In this document: positions 9,790-18,013 of the stretch, in pieces | How positions within the stretch are numbered: the stretch's first letter is position 1 | Layout of the letters: each line of letters begins with the position of its first letter | NCBI GenBank assembly: GCA_964406825.1 | Contig: CAYOTG010000001.1 | Span: forward strand, 1 to 26,944 | Origin: an uncultured bacterium | GTDB taxonomy: Bacteria > Fidelibacterota > Marinisomatia > SCGC-AAA003-L08 > D37C17 | DNA length: 26,944 nucleotides | Direction: 5' to 3' | The notes under the pieces: generated by a model | Told to the model about the DNA's origin: nothing | Seen by the model: only the letters and a program-made list of their open reading frames with translations | Database searches by the model: none | Program-made: the position numbers and the translations under genes

Positions 9790-11634
9790 ATGATGAAATA
9801 CATTTATATATTATTTTTATCCTTTTTATATCCGGTATCTGTAACATTTAGCGTAGATATGCAAGAACAATATTTATCAAGTGGGAATGTTTATTTAGCA
9901 GGTTCTGATTCATTAACACAGACTTTTTTTGGCTCTTATGCAGATAGTGTTATTATTAATCCATGGACACCCGAAGATGTAGAACTTGTTGATATTGATT
10001 TTACAGGCGTATTTTCAAAAACTATTGAATTGCAATCCAATATTACTTATGTATATAAATTTGTCAATGGATTAAATTATGAATTAGAGGGGGAATCTGA
10101 TAGATTCATTTATATAGCAAATCAGGATACTATTTTAGATATTGCTTGTTACAATAAAGTTGATGAATCTTGTGATGACATGAATATTACATTGGTCCCT
10201 GTTACATTTTTTGTTGATATGCAACAAACAGTAATATCAGATAATGGTGTTGGTTTACTAGGTGCAAACGATTCCTTTACAAATTTTGGGTATGATTTTA
10301 TAACAGGTAATCCCATCCCCGTTTATGACCCTTCCTATTTGAGCCTGCAAGATATTAATAATGAAAATATTTATTCAATAACATTATTACTGGAACCAGG
10401 TGTTAATTATCAATATAAATTTGTTAATGGTAATGATTTTAGTGGAGCTGAACAAAGCCAAAGATCTATTACTGTCTCTCCAGTATCTGGCTACTATCTT
10501 AATGAAGTTTGTTTTAATTCTTATGATGATTGTGAAAATTTTACCACTTTATTAAATACTTTGACTTTTAAAACGGATGTATCAAATGCTGTTTCTGATA
10601 ATGGCCTTGAACTTGGAGATATGTTAATTGTTAAATGGGGTTATGGAGAAACACAACCTATTGAACGATTGGATACACTGCAATTAATGCCATTTTCATA
10701 TATTTATAAAATAGATATTGATTCAGTTTATATTTCTTCAGAGGTTGATTTATACTATCAATATTATAAAGTAATTGATGATAATGAATACAGAGAAATT
10801 TTTTTTAATTTTGATTATTTAGGTTCTGATATTGTTTTAGCGGAAAGGCGCTTCTTTGATTTTGAAGATTCTTTAGATTCTCAAGATATTTTAGTGGAAG
10901 ATGTTATTGATTCTAATGTTGCCCCAAGGAGGATGCCTGTTTTTGCAAATACTGAATCTATAGGAGAAGAATTAGAAGTTACATGGAGTATTGACCTTAG
11001 GCCAGCTTATTATCAAATTTTATTTGGTGATACCTTATTTGATATACAGGGAACATATCATGTTGATAATGTTGACAGCTTATATGAATGGGGTGTTTGG
11101 ATTAATGGCCCTGCTTCTACTCCTGCAAATGGGCAAGCCTGGACGGAATGGGGACCAACCTTACAAGGCACAACATCAAAAAAAATGTGGGATGATGGAA
11201 CCCATGGTGATAGTGTCGCAGACGATCATATATATACTTTGATTTTAACTTACGATGAAAGTTCATCAATATCTCAAGAATGTAAGTTTGGTATAAAAGG
11301 AGGAGACAATGAATCTTCTTATGGCCTTAATCACTATGTAAATATTAATTCATTTGATCCTAATATATATGTTTATTGGGGATCAATTAATCCAATTTTT
11401 TATAATAGGTGGGATTATGACACAAACCAGCCCATATTAGATTTTTGTGATGCAAATGGTGATACGAATCAAGATGGCATTATTAATGTTATTGATATTA
11501 TTCTACTAATGAATGTGATTCTTGATAATCCAACGCTTTCATCAGAGGAAATTTGTCTTTTTGATTTAAATGATGATAATATAATTAATGTTATTGATAT
11601 TATAGTTATAACTCAAATTATTCTTGAGGATTAA
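9790..11634 (+). CDS. Secreted non-catalytic multidomain protein: two CBM20/CBM48-like modules, a choice-of-anchor-X-like segment and a C-terminal dockerin, 614 aa
   Basis: Signal peptide. Repeated module VTFxVDMQ...L.G...YKFVNG...E...R...C, twice. Motif KMWDDGTHGDSVADDHIYT begins near 11182. Dockerin at 11446-11631. No catalytic motif recognised. Confidence 0.75.
   Translation: MMKYIYILFLSFLYPVSVTFSVDMQEQYLSSGNVYLAGSDSLTQTFFGSYADSVIINPWTPEDVELVDIDFTGVFSKTIELQSNITYVYKFVNGLNYELEGESDRFIYIANQDTILDIACYNKVDESCDDMNITLVPVTFFVDMQQTVISDNGVGLLGANDSFTNFGYDFITGNPIPVYDPSYLSLQDINNENIYSITLLLEPGVNYQYKFVNGNDFSGAEQSQRSITVSPVSGYYLNEVCFNSYDDCENFTTLLNTLTFKTDVSNAVSDNGLELGDMLIVKWGYGETQPIERLDTLQLMPFSYIYKIDIDSVYISSEVDLYYQYYKVIDDNEYREIFFNFDYLGSDIVLAERRFFDFEDSLDSQDILVEDVIDSNVAPRRMPVFANTESIGEELEVTWSIDLRPAYYQILFGDTLFDIQGTYHVDNVDSLYEWGVWINGPASTPANGQAWTEWGPTLQGTTSKKMWDDGTHGDSVADDHIYTLILTYDESSSISQECKFGIKGGDNESSYGLNHYVNINSFDPNIYVYWGSINPIFYNRWDYDTNQPILDFCDANGDTNQDGIINVIDIILLMNVILDNPTLSSEEICLFDLNDDNIINVIDIIVITQIILED
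11446..11631 (+). other. Dockerin-like domain 2
   Basis: C-DANGDTNQDGIINVIDIILLMNVIL ... C-LFDLNDDNIINVIDIIVITQIIL. Confidence 0.85.
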
Positions 11635-11702
11635 TTTTTATTTACTAATATTTATTGTGGTAAATTAATTTCTATCCCAGAATTTATTTTATGCTTAGAA
11701 GT

Positions 11703-13118
11703 TCAAATTGGAAAAGTCGGTACAATAAAAGTATATGGAATTCCCTTTCTATAGGTATACAAATCAATATGTGTTAATGTTATTTTATCAAAAATATTAA
11801 AGTTTATTGAGATTTCTGAAGAATATTTAGATATCAATAATTCTACATAGTCATTTAGATGATTCTCAATAATATTTAGATGATTATTATTAAATTCATC
11901 TAATGATATGTTTTTACCTTTTAAATAAGTCCTTAAGTGAAAATTAGAAAGTATAGCATCTCTAAAAATTTGCACTTCTTTTAAAACCTCAGGATGATTA
12001 TCATAATAATTATTATAGGCAATAATATTTAATTGTTCATCCCTTAATAAATCTACAATAGCATATTTAAGTTGTAGTGGATATTCATTTTTACTGATAT
12101 TTTCTTTTCGAAATACTAATGGATGTTTTTTAATCAATGATTCAATGTTAGCGATTGTATACATGCTATTATTAAAGCTTAAGATAACTTCATTAGGATT
12201 GATATCATATTTATCATTTGATAAATTTAGATTATTTGTATCCCAATAAGGGGTTTTGTCTCTTTGCTGTGAGGGGAATTCCTCAAATGTTTTATGCGCA
12301 AGTTTTAAAAAAGGTTTTTCAAAAAGCAACAGATTCATACCTTCCATAATATTTGAAACATATAAATCGTAACCTTTTATATATTCATTTTCATAAATTT
12401 TTTGTTGAATGGATTCCAATTGTTCTATTTTATTTTGTTTGGTGATTATAGGGGTATTTTCCCAACCTAGTATTTTTAAGAATAAAACTTTTTTATCTTT
12501 AGATAATATTGGACCAACAATTTCATTTTTTTCCATTATTTTTGAAAATATTGCATTATGAATTGCTGGATCATGCTCATCAAAATAGCTAATAATTCTA
12601 TTTGGTATAGATTTGAGATTAAGATAATTATAACAAATATCAAGAAAATTAATATCATTTTTCAATAAACTATCAACTTGTTTTGCAAGAATATCACTAT
12701 TAAAACTTAAAAATTGAATGTTATATTTCTTTGTAGAATTATAATAATGTGATTGTACCAATAGAGAATCTATTTTAATCAAATCATATACTTTCTCTTT
12801 TAAAAGAAGCTCTCTCATCTTCTGTTCTTTAAATCCATCTATAAATTCATTAGAATAACTATTTGATAATAAATTTTTTTCTATATCTATTGCCATCAAC
12901 TTTTCGGCAATTAAGGAGTTTAAAATGATTTTTTTACTAATATTGTTATCAAGTTTACAATAAGCAGGTCTTATGGTATATTCAGCTCTTTTTATAAAAT
13001 CATTTTTTGTAATGATTCTATCTTTAATTTTAACTAAAATGTTATGCTGATTATCAAAATCATTTTCAATGGAATAAGTAAATGAGAATGAAAGAAATAG
13101 AAAAATTATTAATAACAT
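11703..13118 (-). CDS. Exported SurA/PrsA-like chaperone (degenerate peptidyl-prolyl isomerase-like), 471 aa; possibly truncated by a premature TGA
   Basis: Signal peptide. SurA-N-like segment VKIKDRIITKNDF...KIILNSLIAEKLMA. Parvulin-like middle (LLKNDINFLDIC...IVGPI...VLFLKIL). The frame stays open for 16 codons past the TGA, to a TAA at 11654-11652. Confidence 0.55.
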   Translation of the reverse strand: MLLIIFLFLSFSFTYSIENDFDNQHNILVKIKDRIITKNDFIKRAEYTIRPAYCKLDNNISKKIILNSLIAEKLMAIDIEKNLLSNSYSNEFIDGFKEQKMRELLLKEKVYDLIKIDSLLVQSHYYNSTKKYNIQFLSFNSDILAKQVDSLLKNDINFLDICYNYLNLKSIPNRIISYFDEHDPAIHNAIFSKIMEKNEIVGPILSKDKKVLFLKILGWENTPIITKQNKIEQLESIQQKIYENEYIKGYDLYVSNIMEGMNLLLFEKPFLKLAHKTFEEFPSQQRDKTPYWDTNNLNLSNDKYDINPNEVILSFNNSMYTIANIESLIKKHPLVFRKENISKNEYPLQLKYAIVDLLRDEQLNIIAYNNYYDNHPEVLKEVQIFRDAILSNFHLRTYLKGKNISLDEFNNNHLNIIENHLNDYVELLISKYSSEISINFNIFDKITLTHIDLYTYRKGIPYTFIVPTFPI

Positions 13119-13120
13119 AA

Positions 13121-14161
13121 TTAGAAAGAGAATTTAATGGTATAAAGATGAATATCCCCTAATATACCTAATGTTTTGAAAGTATAATCTAAATCAAAAA
13201 AGTTGTAGTCAGATACATAAAATCTTAATCCTCCTCCATAAGTCAAGCCATATTGAGAATCTTTAAGAAAAATTCCCTTATAGCCTGCACGCAAGAAGAA
13301 TGAAGCTTTACCCGGTATTAAATAAGTTAGTTGTGTACCAATATTTAATGATTCGTTATTATTATTTGGATGTAATGCATCTAAAGCAACCAACATTCTT
13401 ATTTTTTCAGAATATATTGGCTGTACTGAAAATCCCATTCTAAAAATCAAAGGGAGTTCCCACTCAGAAGTTTTATATAGACCCTCGACATCATCATAAT
13501 TACCATATTCATCTGGTTCAGGATCAATAGGAACCATAAGATCTATCCCATCGTAACGCAATCTGGTACCATAATTTGATATACTCATTCCTATCTTCAT
13601 CCCTTGATTTCTCTTATTAGTTGGTGAGAAGAAATTTGTTGTTACTAAAACACCAAAATCAATTGCAAATGCATTAGCACTCATATGCCATATATTTGAT
13701 GAAATATATTTAGCAGTGGCTCCAAATGAGAACCAATCTACTAATTTCCTCCCAAAAGAGATACTTGCTGCAAATTCATTAGCAGAATAAAACTCTCCTG
13801 TTCCTTCTGGCTGAGAAACTGTTGTAACAGGTTCATTACCATACCCCATATAATTCATAGTAAATGCTAAAGTCCCATACTCTTCATAGTTAATAGCAAC
13901 ACCTGTATAAATATTATTGATATCAGCAACCCATGGCTGATACATGAAAAATGTTTGTTTGCTATTAACATAGGATAACCCTGCTGGATTCCAATATGCT
14001 GATGAGATATCATTTGCAACACTAACATACGCACCCCCCATTGCAGTGGCAGCGCTTCCCACATCAATTTCTAAAAAATTAGCTCCTGTTGTTCCATTCC
14101 CATTAATTTCAATAGAAAAAAGAGTTGATAAAAATATAATATTTAAAATATATATTTTCAT
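13121..14161 (-). CDS. PorV/PorQ-family outer-membrane beta-barrel, 346 aa
   Basis: Signal peptide. GTTGANFLEIDVGSAATAMGGAY and SAYWNPAGL. Ends YTIKFSF. ATGA overlap with the upstream gene. Clear paralogue of 8792-9787. Confidence 0.87.
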   Translation of the reverse strand: MKIYILNIIFLSTLFSIEINGNGTTGANFLEIDVGSAATAMGGAYVSVANDISSAYWNPAGLSYVNSKQTFFMYQPWVADINNIYTGVAINYEEYGTLAFTMNYMGYGNEPVTTVSQPEGTGEFYSANEFAASISFGRKLVDWFSFGATAKYISSNIWHMSANAFAIDFGVLVTTNFFSPTNKRNQGMKIGMSISNYGTRLRYDGIDLMVPIDPEPDEYGNYDDVEGLYKTSEWELPLIFRMGFSVQPIYSEKIRMLVALDALHPNNNNESLNIGTQLTYLIPGKASFFLRAGYKGIFLKDSQYGLTYGGGLRFYVSDYNFFDLDYTFKTLGILGDIHLYTIKFSF

Positions 14162-17100
14162 TTTATAATAGCAAATTTTCCAATTTTATGCTTATTGTTA
14201 ATCTTTGATTGAACATGATAAATATACATCCCTGCTGCCACTTGAAGACCTTCATTACTTAAAAGATCCCAATAGGCTATACAATCTTCTGGATTTTCAC
14301 AATCCACATTATTCATATTTATCTCATTAACCAAAACACCGCTTACTGTAAAAATTTTAATAGCACATTCAGATGGAACATGTGTAAACATTATTTTACG
14401 TTCTTGGCTTTGATTTGGATTTGAAAATGCTTCTTCCATTAGATTAGACCCTACATATGGATTTGGGACAACTTTGATTCGGTCCATTTGTTCATCATGG
14501 AGACTTATACTAATAGAATCAGGAGCATTGGTATGTACAAACAATGTATCTATTTCTAAAAATGGGGAATCATATGTAATCCCAAATACATCCCCTGGCT
14601 CTGGTTCCTCTGCAAAAGATAGCGCGAAATGAGTATCATCCCAAAATAGTAATTCTGGTCCTAAAGAATCATCGAGATATGTAGTTCCAACTAAAATTTT
14701 ATCTTCAAGTTTTTCATATTCGCCACTATTATTTAAATCAATAACTAATAAATCAAAAATCATATTATTTGATTCATTATAAACATAAAAATCAAAATTT
14801 ATGATTTTTGACCAAACGCCATTATCTGTTAAAAATTGGGAAGGATTTAATCCAAGATCTTGATCTTCTTCATCTAATAATTGATAATTTAAATCTTCAG
14901 ATGAAATAATAACAATTTCTTCATTTTGATATTCTTCATCTTCTGTAAATATTATTTGACAATTCCATGGTTTTATTTTACTCACTCTTTCACTAATACT
15001 TATAATAGGTTCAATAACGTTACTATAGTTTCCGGGGAGCCATCCACTGTCTTTAAATAATCCTTCCTTAATATTTTGGATTGAAAAAACTAATCCATCA
15101 ATCATATCAGTTGTAATCATTTTATCTGGATCTAGTGTCCAATATTCATATTGAGGGTAATTATTTTCTTCAAAAATAAATTGATTTTGTATATTCCCAG
15201 AATTTCCTGTTTTACTAAATAGTAAGCGTAATGTGTTCCATTGCCCACAAGCTAAATCCTGTTCGCAGTTATTTTGATTATTAATTTGCGAACAATATTC
15301 ATCTCCAAAATTATTTTTTTCACATGATGATTCATCCCAATTGCAATCATCAATGTTTAAACATTCCTCTTCACTATAACTTTCACATATTATATCAGAA
15401 CAAAAATATTCATCTAATATTTCACTCCAATTACAACCTATTTGATTTGAACAATCAGATTCATTATTTAAGCTGGTACAGCTAATATTAGTAGAACAAT
15501 AATTCTCTTCCCTGTATATTTCATATCCTGATGTAACCAAAAAGTTTTCATCATCGGTATCATTTAAAAATGTAAGTATATAATTTTGATTATCTAAAAC
15601 TAAATTAGGTGAGTAAACATCTACATTAAGATATCCAGTTCCAGATGTTTCTGAGTCTACATCTACCCAAGGTTCAACAACCCCTGCAGAAGAAGCTCTT
15701 GGAATAACTACAGCTACATTACTTGCAAGACTATTGAATATTACTTCTTCATCTTCATTTAAACTAATTTTTGCCTTATTTTCTGATGGAGGAATGCCAC
15801 TTTCAAGTTGTTCGGTTGGTTCTAATCCATAATCATAAGCAACAACAGCATAGTAGTATGTTCTGCCATTTTCTACATCTGTATCAATATATTTATGTTC
15901 AATCCCAGTATCTTCTCCTAAATAATAAGCTGCTCCAAAAACTGTTGCATAATCAGCAAACCCTTCTATACCATCTATTTTATCACACTGATAAATAGGA
16001 TCATAAAACATGGGATTTCCATATCCATCTGTTATAATTTGTGCATCCCTAAAATATTTATCTGTTGAACGATAAATTTTATACCCTTCAAAATCATTTT
16101 TTAAACTATCTGGAAGAAAATTATCAACTGAACTTTCTGCTATATCATCCCATGTTAAGATAACATGCTCATCGCCCGATTCAGCTGTTACTGTTGGTCG
16201 GGTAGGGGGGGTAGCAAATCGATAATCTGTTTCATAGATTAATTGAACAGTTTGTTTTAATGCAAATAGAGCAGGAACCTCAGGCTCAACTCCCCCAGGA
16301 GATCCTTGAATATCATCTGTAGAATGAATTTCAGCCATAGATATTCTTTCTGTCTTACCCTTATATAAAGGAAAAACAGCAGATGAAAATAATTCAACCA
16401 TATTCGAGGGTGTCCCTTCAAATTGATCAAATGCATTGTTTATATCTTGGATAACCATTAATGAGTCCCACATTATTTGATCATTTTTAAACCATTTAGT
16501 TGTAGCATCTTCCTGATGTCCATCAATGGGGAATAATTTAAAAGATGTAAGCCCTAACATATCAGATTCAGAGACATCTGTTTCTCCAAAGTTAGGCTCA
16601 CATCCTACTCCTTCAACACAATCAGGTTTTCCATTACATTCACCTTCATCTGGGCCATTGTAATTACTATCATCAGGGCCAACACCATCAAGTCCCACAT
16701 CGTCATTTATAATAGCACATATCACATTGTTTGTTAAAACAATGTTTCCATCTACATCAATTGCAGGTGTCCAATCACCATCTTCATCACCTTCATATCT
16801 TGATTCTGATTCTATATACATACCTGCATCATTATCTCGTGATTCATCCACCATCCCATCAGCATCATTATCAATTCCATCATCTGAAATACCAGGACTT
16901 TCTAAAAAGGCAAATCCCATAATACCAGGAGTACCACCACCAAATCCTGTAGCATTATAATCCCATGAATAGGCTAAATCAAGATCTACATCAAAATAAC
17001 CTACTTCATCATCACCGCTTTGATCTGTTTCTCCACCAATAGCATTGTCAACCCAATAGCCGAATGCCATTTCATTTATATTATAATCTGAAATATTGCT

Positions 17101-18013
17101 GATATTGTATTCCCAAAAAAGAGCATCTCTGACCAATGGATTGTTCCACTGGAAAGCTCGTGATTCAACTCTTAGCCCAAGACCTCCCCATGGTTCTCCA
17201 CCTTGATCAAGTAAATTCCCAGGAATAAATTCACCGTCAATAGGATAATACTCAAAAGTTTTTGTAGGATAACAATCAAAGTCACAACCATTAATACAAT
17301 TCTCTTGATTATCATTTATACCATAATTATTGCCAAGTATATCTTGACACTGCCATTTAGTATTTACAGGAAGGTATTCTTGGTCTTGCGCATCATTTAC
17401 TACAAAATAAGTTTCAAGATCAGCATACTGAACGCCTCTACCAAATCTTCCATCCCATTCACCAGGCCACTTAGTTGTTGTCCCAGATGATGGCCATGCT
17501 GATGGCCAACTATATGGATCATCACTCATTGCAGGAGAAGGGTTATTTTCAGCAGGATTATGATAACCAAATACAGGATGGAATCCCCATAATGTCCCGT
17601 AAGCATTATCCTCATTATAATCCATTTCTTCTCTATAGGCAGTTTGAAGAAAATAAATTTCATGTAGTGAATTATTTGGATTATTAATATCTATTTCACT
17701 ATCAATAACATTTGTATCAATGTTTGTATTATCACCATCATCTTCGATATAAACTTTTGCACCAACAAGTAGTGCTACGCCATCAAGCATTCTATACCCT
17801 GTCCCATCATTGGGCCAAATTGATACATCATATAACCCCCCAGGCTCCCAATCAGATAATTGTGTATTATTTTTTAAAAAATAGAAGAATTCTATTGCCA
17901 TCCATTTTAGCTTCTTGATTAGCAGAAGGATCCCCGGCAGAATCTTCGGGGCCATCATATTCTTGACTGGCAAGTAAAGATAATAAGAGAATAATATTAA
18001 TAATCCATTTCAT
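14158..18013 (-). CDS. Large secreted acidic protein, paralogue of 5004-8795, interrupted by a +1 frameshift near codon 47 (1284 aa if repaired)
   Basis: ATG at 18013 directly follows the receptor stop and encodes a signal peptide, MKWIINIILLLSLLASQ-EYDGPEDSAGDPSANQEAKMDGNRILLFFKK*, with TAA at 17869-17867. The rest continues in the +1 frame (NNTQLSDW...). It shares AFLESPG..DGIDND, EPNF..TD..ESD..GLTSF, GYKIYR.TD, NGRTYYYAV.AYD, IKVVPNPY and GK.AIIK with the + strand paralogue. Confidence 0.85.
15238..15498 (-). repeat. Three tandem Cys-rich peptide repeats, C-x7/8-C-x5-C-x1/2-W, inside the large protein
   Basis: CTSLNNESDCSNQIGCNW, CESYSEEECLNIDDCNW, CSQINNQNNCEQDLACGQW; 12 Cys in 87 codons. 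Confidence 0.8.
17870..17881 (-). other. T6A6 homopolymer tract at the frameshift point
   Basis: The minus strand reads CTA TTT TTT AAA AAA TAA TAC. Removing one A gives TTT TTT AAA AAT AAT ACA CAA (FFKNNTQ) and joins the signal peptide to the long ORF. Confidence 0.85.

Noticed and set aside
11635-11702. Bidirectional terminator between the convergent operons
   Set aside because: No GC-rich hairpin is visible.
11703-11705. TGA recoding (genetic code 4/25 or Sec)
   Set aside because: Both giant genes end in TGA at equivalent C-termini, and no long ORF needs internal TGA read-through.
17971-17973. ORF-track start of the 1271-aa ORF (MPVKNMMAPK...)
   Set aside because: The first ~35 residues are the wrong frame of the true N-terminus, which starts at 18013 with a signal peptide and paralogue-like sequence.
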